DNA of 64,000 nt, from positions 37,908 through 101,907 of the forward strand of contig CAKKPE010000014.1 in NCBI GenBank assembly GCA_919901565.1. Reading direction: 5' to 3'. Position numbers and translations under genes: made by a program. The stretch is from a bacterium (GTDB lineage: Bacteria > CG2-30-53-67). Numbering within the stretch: position 1 is the stretch's first letter; the number at the start of each line of letters is the position of its first letter. This document shows, piece by piece, positions 28,984-37,898 of this stretch. The notes under the pieces are model-generated. The model had not been told where the DNA came from, searched no databases, and saw only the letters and a program-made list of their open reading frames with translations.

Positions 28984-29252
28984 CTCTTTTTCTCCTTTAA
29001 CTTTTTCATATGGGGTTTTGTCAGGCAGAAAAATCGGCTTATTTCGATCTATTGGATTATATAACCTTTAAAAAAAACTTCAAGTCTTTTTGATAACTTA
29101 TTAAATATTCGGAGATTTCATAGCCAGTTTTAAAATTAAAGGGTCACGGTTATTTTTTTCTTGATCTGAATATTAGTATAATATAATATCCAGTAAAATT
29201 GTCTTCAAGTACAGTTTCTTCTTCACTAAATAAACTCCTGAGGGGGAGTAAA

Positions 29253-30245
29253 ATGAAAACTTCAAAGCAAAAAATTTCTTTAAAGGGACGTTTGATTATT
29301 GTCTTTCTGATCCTGGTCATCTTTGTCGGGGGCGGGACCGTGGCCTACCATGTTCACGATTTCACGGAAAACAACCCCAAATTCTGTGTCAGCTGCCACC
29401 TGATGCAGTCGGCCTACGATGCCTGGGAGAAGAGCGCCCACAGCAATGTCACCTGCCATGAGTGCCACTATGCCACACCCAGCGAACAAAACCGTATGCT
29501 CCTGATGACCATCCTCAAGAAACCCACGGCCGTAGAGGAAAGACACGGCAAGGTCATTGTCCCATGGAAATTCTGTTTCAAGTGCCACTGGGAAACGGAA
29601 AAAGGATTTGAAGCCGCTCCGAATATTGCAAAATCCGCCGGGCATGCAAAACATGTATTCATTGAACAGATTGAGTGCTCCAAGTGCCACGGATATATCA
29701 AAGAAAACAAAACCGGCCTCCATGAGTTCCTTCCCAGCGACCGGTTCTGCCTGAAATGCCATGAAGGCAAGGAGGTCCATGGCCTCGGGATGGAGGGGCT
29801 GGCTTGTCTGGCTTGCCATACGGACAAGACCACGGATATCCGGCCGAACCGTGAAAAATGTCTGACCTGTCACGGTGATGCAGAAACCCGCTCAAAGATC
29901 GCCCTGGCCCCAAAAACCGTGGATACCAGACACTTCATCCCTGACCCGGCCATGGTGCAAAAGGCCTCTACCAATGGGATAAAATTCCCTGAAGGGGCCC
30001 CCATGTCTTTTGAATGCTATACCTGTCATAAACCGCACGCCGAGGTAAAGCCTGCACAGTCAGAGTGCTTCAAGTGCCACCGTGAGATCCAGAAAGTCGG
30101 CAAACACGACCTCCATATCAATATGGTCGGCATGGAATGCATCGCCTGTCACAAGCCGCATGAGTGGAAGGTCAGCAAGGCTGCTGCAAAGACCGCTTGC
30201 AAAGCATGCCATGAATACAGGGATCCGGAGTCATTTCTCCGTTAG
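29253..30245 (+). CDS. Membrane-anchored multihaem cytochrome c with a NapC/NirT-like N-terminal module (11 CxxCH)
   Basis: ATG at 29253 follows agggggag. There is one TM helix, then FCVSCHLMQSAYDAWEKSAH. Eleven CxxCH motifs were counted. Confidence 0.9.
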   Translation: MKTSKQKISLKGRLIIVFLILVIFVGGGTVAYHVHDFTENNPKFCVSCHLMQSAYDAWEKSAHSNVTCHECHYATPSEQNRMLLMTILKKPTAVEERHGKVIVPWKFCFKCHWETEKGFEAAPNIAKSAGHAKHVFIEQIECSKCHGYIKENKTGLHEFLPSDRFCLKCHEGKEVHGLGMEGLACLACHTDKTTDIRPNREKCLTCHGDAETRSKIALAPKTVDTRHFIPDPAMVQKASTNGIKFPEGAPMSFECYTCHKPHAEVKPAQSECFKCHREIQKVGKHDLHINMVGMECIACHKPHEWKVSKAAAKTACKACHEYRDPESFLR

Positions 30246-30273
30246 GACCATTCACAAACAAATCAATAAAAAA

Positions 30274-30480
30274 TAGGGGTATCTACTTGACTCCACCGAC
30301 CCCAATATCTTGAAACCATATCCCCGATAGAAACACTCGGGGATGACAAATAACTGCTTGATAAAATGTCATTCCCGAAGGTTTATAAGCCTGCCCCGGT
30401 ATGTTTTTAAGCCGGGGGGAATCTGGTGCTGCAGAGAGACACCACATATTGTGCCTGGTGGAGTCAAGTAGATACCCCTA
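30274..30480. mobile_element. 207 bp MITE related to the IS1595-family element
   Basis: Perfect 24 bp TIRs (taggggtatctacttgactccacc / ggtggagtcaagtagataccccta). They are flanked by the 8 bp direct repeat ataaaaaa (30266-30273 and 30481-30488). There is no ORF. Confidence 0.85.
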
Positions 30481-30488
30481 ATAAAAAA

Positions 30489-30526
30489 AGAGGCCCGGAT
30501 GTTCAATTCCGGGTCTCTTTTTTTTT
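30489..30526. terminator. Bidirectional intrinsic terminator
   Basis: agaggcccgga / tccgggtctct 11 bp stem (one G-U pair), preceded by an A-run and followed by a T-run. Confidence 0.7.
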
Positions 30527-30588
30527 ATTACGATCAATCGAATGAAGAACCAATACTTCTAACGGGGTCAGAAGGTGTGTAAAAAAGT

Positions 30589-30816
30589 TTAGCGGATTTC
30601 TATCATCATGACAACGTAACCCACCATGGTCACACCGCACAAACAGAGTTTTAACATGATATTCAAGAGTTTTCCCTGCCTGATCTCGATCGTCTCCTGA
30701 CTGAATACCATGTCATCGGACAGTATACTGAGCAGGGCAACAGTCATGATCAATATAATCGAGACCATCAACAAGGAATATATGACTATTTTAATAACCG
30801 ATACCAACTCATGCAT
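30589..30816 (-). CDS. Possible small membrane protein
   Basis: AT-rich ORF with two hydrophobic helices. There is no homology impression and it could be non-coding. Confidence 0.3.
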   Translation of the reverse strand: MHELVSVIKIVIYSLLMVSIILIMTVALLSILSDDMVFSQETIEIRQGKLLNIMLKLCLCGVTMVGYVVMMIEIR

Positions 30817-30927
30817 GAATTCACCCCCCACTTAAAATCAGGTTTTTAATTTACTGGAACTTTTTATATCAAATAACCTTACCCGTGTCAAAACATTTTT
30901 AAAATCACTCTTCTTTTAAAAAATATA

Positions 30928-30955
30928 TTGACATGAGGGTAAAACATGCTATTAT
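30928..30955 (+). promoter_or_regulatory. Putative sigma-70 promoter of the oxidoreductase operon
   Basis: ttgaca-N16-tattat, about 185 nt upstream of the ATG at 31142. Confidence 0.45.
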
Positions 30956-30972
30956 GCGAATATTTTTAAATG

Positions 30973-31000
30973 TGTGATTTTCCGGGGGGTAAAAATCACA
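30973..31000. promoter_or_regulatory. Inverted repeat tgtgatttt-N10-aaaatcaca (possible operator)
   Basis: Perfect 9 bp arms just downstream of the putative -10. The half-sites match the palindrome at 5061-5080. Confidence 0.4.
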
Positions 31001-31141
31001 GATTCATCGTAACAATGATTCACCATTGCTTTGACACTATAGCATTGCAACAGCCGTTTTAAATCCCTCTCAAATAAATTAGTTAATCTTACAAAGAACC
31101 CTAAGGAACAAAAGGGCCGTTTTATCTCAAAGGAGGAAATC

Positions 31142-31798
31142 ATGCCCGAAAAATCCTCTCCCATTGCCCCGGCAGATGATGAGAAACGGAAGACCCGTTA
31201 TGCGATGGTCATCGACCTCAGGCACTGCGTCGGCTGCCACAGTTGTTCTGTCGCCTGCAAGAGCGAGAACGAGGTCCCGCTGGGAAAGTTCCGATCCTGG
31301 GTCAAGGTCATTGAAAAAGGCCGGTATCCGGATGTGAGCCGCCAATTCCTTCCCTCCCTCTGTAACAACTGTGCCAATCCCATCTGTAACCGCAACTGCC
31401 CGGTCCGTGCAACCTACATACGCCCGGACGGCATTGTCGGAGTAAACCAGCACCGATGCATCGGATGCATGTATTGCATGGCCTCCTGTCCTTACGATGT
31501 GAGGTACATCAATCCCTTGAGAAAGATTGTACAGAAATGTTTCTTCTGTGACCACCGCGTGGACAAGGGCCTGGAACCCGCCTGCGTGGAGACCTGTCTG
31601 GGAAAGGCCCGGATCTTCGGAGACATCAATGATCCCAACAGCGAGATTGCCCAGGTTATGTCGACCAATCCCGTGGTCACGCTGAAACCCGACCTGGGGA
31701 CTGAACCGCATGTCTTCTATATCGCGGCAGATTATGACGCCATGGACCCGACAAGCGGGGTAGACATCAACTTCATTCTTTTTGAAGAACCTTATTGA
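31142..31798 (+). CDS. 4Fe-4S ferredoxin-type subunit of a molybdopterin oxidoreductase (PsrB/PhsB/TtrB/NrfC-like)
   Basis: Four Cys clusters: CVGCHSCSVAC, CNNCANPICNRNCP, CIGCMYCMASCP, CFFCDHR...CVETC. Confidence 0.9.
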   Translation: MPEKSSPIAPADDEKRKTRYAMVIDLRHCVGCHSCSVACKSENEVPLGKFRSWVKVIEKGRYPDVSRQFLPSLCNNCANPICNRNCPVRATYIRPDGIVGVNQHRCIGCMYCMASCPYDVRYINPLRKIVQKCFFCDHRVDKGLEPACVETCLGKARIFGDINDPNSEIAQVMSTNPVVTLKPDLGTEPHVFYIAADYDAMDPTSGVDINFILFEEPY

Positions 31799-31825
31799 TC
31801 AAAATAAGAGACGGAGGAATAACCC

Positions 31826-32761
31826 ATGGATCCCAGCAATGTCAACCTGCTATATAATTCCCCCCATCAGATCCCACTGGGGATCCTTCTTGCCCAGTAC
31901 TTCTATCTCACGGGGCTCAGTGCCGGGTCCTTCGTGGTATCGGTCATCGCTATTCTGGGAGGAAAAACCGAATATAAACCCCTCGGGAAGATCGGTGCCG
32001 TGGTCGCTCCGCTCTGCCTGATCCTCGCTCCCATGAATCTTCTGGTTGAAATGGCACAGCCGCTGCGCGCCTGGCACCTGATGACCTATCTGCCCGGCTA
32101 TATCAACCCGAAATCTCCTATCACATACGGGGTCATGCTCCTTACGGCCTATCCCATATCAGCAATCATTTACGCCTTTTTCGTCTATACCGGGAACATG
32201 AAGATGTCCAAGGTTTTCGCCATCATCGGCATTCCGCTTGCCATCTCGGTTCACGGTTATACGGGTTTCATTATCGCCCTGGGCAAAGGGCGTGCGCTTT
32301 GGAATACCGCCCTGATGCCGACACTCTTTATCGTCTCGGCCATGGTCTCTGGTATCGCCCTGATGATTCTGGCGGCCATCATCAGAAATGTCTATTTTTC
32401 ACAGGGGAAAACAGAGGAAGAGATAGAAGCGGACCGCAAACTGATCTATGGACTGGGAAAGTTTCTCGGCGCGGTCATCATCTTTGATCTCTTCCTGATC
32501 CTTAATGCCGTGCTGGTCCTTCTGACCTCGTCCAAAGGGGCATGGCATGCAGCCGAACTTCTGTTATGGGGAAGGTATTCTCTGGATTTCCTGGGTGTCG
32601 AGATTCTGCTTGGAAGCGTGATTCCGCTCTTCATGGTTTTCTATCCGAAAACGGCAACCAGCCTCAAGGGCCTGACGATTGCTTCGATCCTGGTCATGGT
32701 AGGAATCTATGCCATGCGTTATTCCGTGGTCATCGGTGGACAAAGCGTACCACTCCATTGA
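31826..32761 (+). CDS. NrfD/PsrC-family polytopic membrane quinone-interacting subunit
   Basis: About 8 TM helices. Its position between the FeS and catalytic subunits fits the family. Confidence 0.85.
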   Translation: MDPSNVNLLYNSPHQIPLGILLAQYFYLTGLSAGSFVVSVIAILGGKTEYKPLGKIGAVVAPLCLILAPMNLLVEMAQPLRAWHLMTYLPGYINPKSPITYGVMLLTAYPISAIIYAFFVYTGNMKMSKVFAIIGIPLAISVHGYTGFIIALGKGRALWNTALMPTLFIVSAMVSGIALMILAAIIRNVYFSQGKTEEEIEADRKLIYGLGKFLGAVIIFDLFLILNAVLVLLTSSKGAWHAAELLLWGRYSLDFLGVEILLGSVIPLFMVFYPKTATSLKGLTIASILVMVGIYAMRYSVVIGGQSVPLH

Positions 32762-32808
32762 TCTTGGTGGCGAATCTGTCCCCGGCTTGCCCGGGTTAGG
32801 AGGAAGAA

Positions 32809-35163
32809 ATGAAATTCAGCAGACGAACATTTCTGCAGCTCGGTGCCGCCGGTGCCGCATCCCTTGGCCTGGACAAGATCCTTCAAACCCAATCCGATGC
32901 CATGGAACTGATCATGGGAGGGGCTGAGGTTTCAAGGACCACAGGAAAACACCTGAAGCCTATCCCGAGCACCTGCCTGAACTGCTACGCACGCTGCGGA
33001 AATTACGGTTTCAATGCCTACGGGACATTGATCAAGATCGGGCCCAATCCTGAACACCCCAACAGCCGCGGGCGGATGTGCGCCAAAGGGCAGGCAGGAC
33101 TCAATCTGGTCTATGATCCGGACAGAATCCTCTATCCCATGAAACGCGTCGGTCCGAGGGGAGAAGGAAAATGGCAGAGGATCACATGGGAAGAGGCATA
33201 CCATGAAGTCGCCGACCGTATGAAAGCGGTCATGGCTTCAGGACGTCACGAAGAATTCGTATTCCAGAGCGACCGGGACATCACGACCCAGGACTTCACC
33301 CGCCGCTTTGTCCATGCCTTCGGTTCACCCAACGCCTTTGTGAACCATCCTTTAGGGGGCCCCAACAAACAGCTGGCCCAGCAACTGACCTGGGGTGCCG
33401 ATTTTGAGATACCGGATGTCGCCAACTCCGAATACATGCTGATTTTCGGTTCCAATCCCTTTGAGGCCCATTACCTGAGGACCAGCTTTGTACAGAGAAT
33501 GGTGGAAGCACGCTCCATCCGCCGTTTCAGCGCCGACCTTCTCCGACCCAAAGCCAAAATGGTCACTTTTGACGTGCGTGTCTCCCAGACCTCCGGCAGG
33601 AGCGACGAGTGGCACCCGATCATTCCCGGAACCGACGGCCTGGTGGCTCTGGCCATGTGTCACGTCATCATGGAAGAAGGGATGGAGGACAGCTCATTTA
33701 TCAACACGTGGACCAACTATTCTCCGGATGCGCTCAAGCAGCACCTGAAGGATTACACTCCCGAGCTTGCCGAAAAAATCAGCGGCGTACCGGCGAGGGA
33801 AATCCGCCGGATCGCAAAGGAATTCGCTTCAGCAAAACCGTCAACCACGATCTCCACGGGGGGTGTGACCAAACACTGGAACGGCGTCTACTCCGAGAGG
33901 TGTGTGGCCCTTCTGAATATCATCACCGGCAACATCGATATCAAGGGAGGATACTGCCTCCCTAAATACTATACCTTCAATGAACCCGGCCCGGTTCCAC
34001 CCGTACCAAGAATGAAAAGCAGGCTGAATGGATTATCCAACTATCCGCTTGCCATGACGGAACTGCATCACAATGTTCTTCCGATGATCAAAGAAGGACG
34101 GCAACGCATAAAAATCTACATGACCTATCAGCACAATCCCGTCTACTCCAATCCTGAAGGAAAGATGATGGAACTGATCCTCAAAGACGAGGACCTGATC
34201 CCGTACTATGTCTGCATCGATTCTTTCATGACCGAGTCGGCGGCCCTTGCAGACCTGGTCCTGCCCGCAGCGACTTACATAGAACGGATGGAGGTTGAGG
34301 CGCCTCCGGCCTTTGAAATGGTCCCGTTCGTCTCGCTCCGGCAGCCCATGATCCCCCCTCTCGGAGAATCCGTACCCATCACCGACATACTGATCGAGAT
34401 GGCGCGCCGTCTCGGCGGAGGCATGGAGAAATACTTCAAATTCGATACAGAAGGATACATCCGTGAGAGGATCTCCGGAATCAAACCTCTCATGGATGCC
34501 GGAGGGCTGGAATACCTGAAGAAGAACGCGGTGTTCTATGATAAAACCGTGGAACCCCAGTATGAAATCTTCAGGGAAAAAGGGTTCAATACGCCGTCCG
34601 GCAAGATCGAGATCTATTCCAGGAGGATGGAGGAACAGGGGTTCAACCCCCTTCCCAGCTATGATCCCATCCCGGTTCACCAGACCATCAAGGACAGTGA
34701 ACTCTATATGGTCATCCATCAATGGATGGTGCATACTCATGACCGGACAGCCAACTGCATGTGGCTTTCTGAAATCGTCCATGACAATCCCGTTTATATC
34801 AATTCCATGACAGCGAAAAAATTTGATCTGAAGAACTATGACCGGGTGAAAGTAATCTCCAAGGCCGGAGAGATGGAGACCAGTGTCCGCGTGGTTGAGG
34901 GAATCCATCCAAAAGTCATTGCCATTGGAGACAGCTGCGGCCATTGGGGGTTCGGACGCATTGCACAGGCGGAGGCCTTCAAAAGTCAGGACCCGAACAC
35001 CCACCTCCTCTGGTGGGGCAAGGAAAAAGAAGGATGGTGGGCCGAGGAAGAGAGGGACAGAGGAAGCGGCGTCCACCCCAAACCCATCATCCCGATATTA
35101 AGCGATCCGCTTGGCGGAGGCCAGTGCTGGATGGATACGAAGGTGCGTATCGTTAAGGTTTGA
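32809..35163 (+). CDS. Tat-exported molybdopterin (Mo/W-bisPGD) oxidoreductase catalytic subunit, PsrA/PhsA-like size
   Basis: Twin-arginine signal SRRTFLQLGAAGAA. FS0 motif CLNCYARC...RMCAKG. FGSPN and FGSNP motifs. Confidence 0.9.
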   Translation: MKFSRRTFLQLGAAGAASLGLDKILQTQSDAMELIMGGAEVSRTTGKHLKPIPSTCLNCYARCGNYGFNAYGTLIKIGPNPEHPNSRGRMCAKGQAGLNLVYDPDRILYPMKRVGPRGEGKWQRITWEEAYHEVADRMKAVMASGRHEEFVFQSDRDITTQDFTRRFVHAFGSPNAFVNHPLGGPNKQLAQQLTWGADFEIPDVANSEYMLIFGSNPFEAHYLRTSFVQRMVEARSIRRFSADLLRPKAKMVTFDVRVSQTSGRSDEWHPIIPGTDGLVALAMCHVIMEEGMEDSSFINTWTNYSPDALKQHLKDYTPELAEKISGVPAREIRRIAKEFASAKPSTTISTGGVTKHWNGVYSERCVALLNIITGNIDIKGGYCLPKYYTFNEPGPVPPVPRMKSRLNGLSNYPLAMTELHHNVLPMIKEGRQRIKIYMTYQHNPVYSNPEGKMMELILKDEDLIPYYVCIDSFMTESAALADLVLPAATYIERMEVEAPPAFEMVPFVSLRQPMIPPLGESVPITDILIEMARRLGGGMEKYFKFDTEGYIRERISGIKPLMDAGGLEYLKKNAVFYDKTVEPQYEIFREKGFNTPSGKIEIYSRRMEEQGFNPLPSYDPIPVHQTIKDSELYMVIHQWMVHTHDRTANCMWLSEIVHDNPVYINSMTAKKFDLKNYDRVKVISKAGEMETSVRVVEGIHPKVIAIGDSCGHWGFGRIAQAEAFKSQDPNTHLLWWGKEKEGWWAEEERDRGSGVHPKPIIPILSDPLGGGQCWMDTKVRIVKV

Positions 35164-35166
35164 TAT

Positions 35167-35850
35167 ATGAATCCAAAAAGACTTTTAGACAATGAGGCGG
35201 CTCAGCGGAGCGCTGTTTATGCAATCCTCTCACGTGCCTTTCTGAAGGAGCCTGACCTCGAGCTGATCCGTTTCCTGAAAAGCGGCAGGATCCGGGAAAT
35301 TCTTGAGAGCCTGGATCTTTCATTGGGAGATGATTTTCCGGAAAAAGACGAAGCCTCTCTGATAGAGGAGCTTTCTCTTGAATACGCCCGTCTCTTCCTG
35401 ACCCCCCCCTCGCACCTCCCTCCCTGCGAATCCTTTTATGTAGGGGGACTTCAGGATGACATGGAAAATTTTGAGCCTTTTCTCCAGGGAAAGGCTGCCG
35501 ATGAAGTCCGGACATTCTACCGTGAACACGGGATTCTCATGCCCGAAGAGACAGGCGTTTTTCCCGACCATATCGGAGTCGAACTTGAAGCCTTACGGCT
35601 GCTCTGTGAGCTTGAATCCATGGCCATAGACTCCGGCCGCCCTGACCGTGTCCGTCAACTCCGACGAATCACAGGCAATTTTCTCAACGAACATCCGAAG
35701 CGGTGGATGCTCCTCTTCTCAGAGTTGATCCTCAAGAAGGCGGAAAAACCTTTTTATCGAGTCATTGCACAGTTGACCCGTGCCTTTATTGACTCCGAAC
35801 TGGCAGAACTCTCGCACTGCAGAGTTGAAGAGGAGGAAGTCATTTTATGA
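35167..35850 (+). CDS. TorD/DmsD-family redox enzyme maturation chaperone
   Basis: AVYAILSRAFL...EYARLFL pattern. It lies immediately after the catalytic subunit. Confidence 0.75.
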   Translation: MNPKRLLDNEAAQRSAVYAILSRAFLKEPDLELIRFLKSGRIREILESLDLSLGDDFPEKDEASLIEELSLEYARLFLTPPSHLPPCESFYVGGLQDDMENFEPFLQGKAADEVRTFYREHGILMPEETGVFPDHIGVELEALRLLCELESMAIDSGRPDRVRQLRRITGNFLNEHPKRWMLLFSELILKKAEKPFYRVIAQLTRAFIDSELAELSHCRVEEEEVIL

Positions 35851-37067
35851 ATATCAAAAAGTTCTCACCCTGGAAAGTCATTATCGTCATGCTCATTCTG
35901 CTGAGCATCCCTACGCTCTTTGTCTTTCTGCTGGAACGTTACACCACATCAGATGAGAATTTCTGCATGACCTGCCATTATAAAATGTGGGGAGAGGCCT
36001 TTCTGGTGCACTCGAACATACACCCCGATACGGTCCGGTGTCCGCAGTGTCACGCCAACGCCAAGGATTTCATCCCCAAGGACTTTTCGGCCCATCCGGA
36101 ACGGATCAACCCCAACTGCGTCCGCTGCCACCCTGAGATGTTCAAAAAGAAAGACATGGAAGGTTTCAAATATAATGTCATGAATATCTATATGCCCCAC
36201 AAGTTCCATCTTCAGGAGGTAGGCGCCCTTTGCACGGACTGTCACCTCAACATCAAACACGACAAATTGCGTCCCATGACCAACCGTCCGAGAATGGAGA
36301 GCTGTTTTGAATGCCATGACCAGGCAACCACACCCTGCTCCAAATGTCACCAGCGGGGCGCAAGCGAAGTGATCGCCGCATTGCCCAAGACCGATGTCAT
36401 CGAGAGGCCGGAATGCGAAAAATGTCATGCGGATTTCGCATCCAAGCCTATTACTTTCTACCAGGTCGACTTCCCTCATAACCAGCACCTGAAACAGGGG
36501 CTTTCCTGCATGGAATGCCATTCCAATGCCACGAAACACGGTCAGATCGTCAAGTCACGGGCTTTATGCATGCAGTGTCACCACAAGAACATCAAAAAAG
36601 AATGCATCGAATGCCATGCCTTTGAAAATAAATTCCGCAATGGTTCGGCCATGGAGGAAATCAAGGGAGATCCGGACCCTATGGCCGAGATCGTCTCCTG
36701 TGACGTCTGTCATGCGAAGATCAGCGAAGGACATATCAAAAAGGATGTTCTCAGCACCTGCTCCATGTGTCACAAGGATGCGGGATTCGAAAAGAAAGTG
36801 GATGGAATCCAGAAGAAGACGGACGACTCGATCAAGGATCTGGAGAAACTTCTGGCAACCAAAAAGAAAATGATATCCGATCTCCCCGACACCTCCCAAA
36901 AAGAGGTCCAGGCTATGATCGACCAGGGAGAAAAGATCCTGCAGACACTGAAAAAGGATCGAAGCCGGGGTTTCCATAACGCAGCGTACTCGTCTCTTCT
37001 TGTCAAGAATGCCAAAGATATCCTCGAGAAGGCGGCCGCTCCCAAGGGGGAAAAAGGGAAACAATAA
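35847..37067 (+). CDS. Membrane-anchored multihaem cytochrome c with a NapC/NirT-like N-terminal module (12 CxxCH)
   Basis: ATGA overlap with the chaperone gene. There is a TM helix, then FCMTCHYKMWGEAFLVHSNIH. Twelve CxxCH motifs were counted, and the C-terminal tail is charged and coiled-coil-like. Confidence 0.9.
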   Translation: MNIKKFSPWKVIIVMLILLSIPTLFVFLLERYTTSDENFCMTCHYKMWGEAFLVHSNIHPDTVRCPQCHANAKDFIPKDFSAHPERINPNCVRCHPEMFKKKDMEGFKYNVMNIYMPHKFHLQEVGALCTDCHLNIKHDKLRPMTNRPRMESCFECHDQATTPCSKCHQRGASEVIAALPKTDVIERPECEKCHADFASKPITFYQVDFPHNQHLKQGLSCMECHSNATKHGQIVKSRALCMQCHHKNIKKECIECHAFENKFRNGSAMEEIKGDPDPMAEIVSCDVCHAKISEGHIKKDVLSTCSMCHKDAGFEKKVDGIQKKTDDSIKDLEKLLATKKKMISDLPDTSQKEVQAMIDQGEKILQTLKKDRSRGFHNAAYSSLLVKNAKDILEKAAAPKGEKGKQ

Positions 37068-37376
37068 TAAAAGCGATCCGTTCCTGTGGTTTATTATTAC
37101 ATAAGGAATACGCCTTTCCAGAAGCCGGAGGTGATTCCCCCTTGCGCGTATGAATGTCCGGAACATTTTTTTGCAAGAAGTAGAAAAACGCCTCAAAACC
37201 GGCCGATTTTGCCCTCCTTATATTCCTTTAACTTTCAATGGATTACATTCAAATATATCCTGATGTGACATATCGCCCCATCAGGCCATAACCCTATATC
37301 CTCACGCCTTGATCCATCCCGAAAAATATCGCTTTGAAATGAATGGGTTGCACACGAATATCCATCCCCGTAAACA

Positions 37377-37392
37377 TGGCATCATATTTGCT
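37377..37392 (+). promoter_or_regulatory. Sigma-54 (-24/-12) promoter
   Basis: tggcatcatatttgct matches TGGCA-N6-TTGCT (GG-N10-GC spacing). It is about 95 nt upstream of the response regulator ATG. Confidence 0.55.
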
Positions 37393-37484
37393 ATATGATT
37401 AACAGAATCTGATTTATAAGTTCGGCTTAAGGGATTACAAACCCAACCACTGGTAACCATGCTTAATCATGGAAAGGGCTCACC

Positions 37485-37898
37485 ATGACACCTTTAAAAA
37501 GCGGGAACGGCCATGATCGGCATATCCTGGTCATTGACGATGATTATGAGATGTGTCAACTTATCAAGAAGTTTCTGCAGATGGAAAACTATCATGTACA
37601 AACGGCGTTAAGCGGGTACGAGGGCCTTTTTCTGCTCAAGCAGCATTCATTCGACCTGGTCATCAGCGATCTCAAGATGCCGGGAATATCGGGGATTGAA
37701 TTGATCCGGAAGGCCAGGGCCGTCACCCCGGAGACGCCCTTTATTCTGATTACGGCATTCGGTGATGTAAAAACCTATATTGAAGCCATGGATTCAGGCG
37801 TTTTCGAATTTTTGAACAAACCGATCAAGATGCAGGACCTCAAACTCATTATCCATAAAGCGCTTCAAGACCATTGCCGGGAATGCAAAATACAATAG
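37485..37898 (+). CDS. Single-domain CheY-like response regulator
   Basis: VIDDD acidic pocket, phospho-acceptor in LVISDLKMPG, T in ILITAF, K in NKPI. There is no output domain. Confidence 0.9.
   Translation: MTPLKSGNGHDRHILVIDDDYEMCQLIKKFLQMENYHVQTALSGYEGLFLLKQHSFDLVISDLKMPGISGIELIRKARAVTPETPFILITAFGDVKTYIEAMDSGVFEFLNKPIKMQDLKLIIHKALQDHCRECKIQ

Noticed and set aside
29199-29252. Upstream TTG start for the 11-haem cytochrome
   Set aside because: ATG at 29253 has a strong agggggag RBS and gives a normal basic N-terminus followed by a TM helix.
34033-35076. 347 aa minus-strand ORF
   Set aside because: It is antisense to the molybdopterin subunit. The same reasoning applies to 38866-39948 (acs), 41038-41835 (radical SAM), 25388-26386 (glnD), 23835-24650 (glgC), 51520-52287 (smc) and 35949-36539 (cytochrome).
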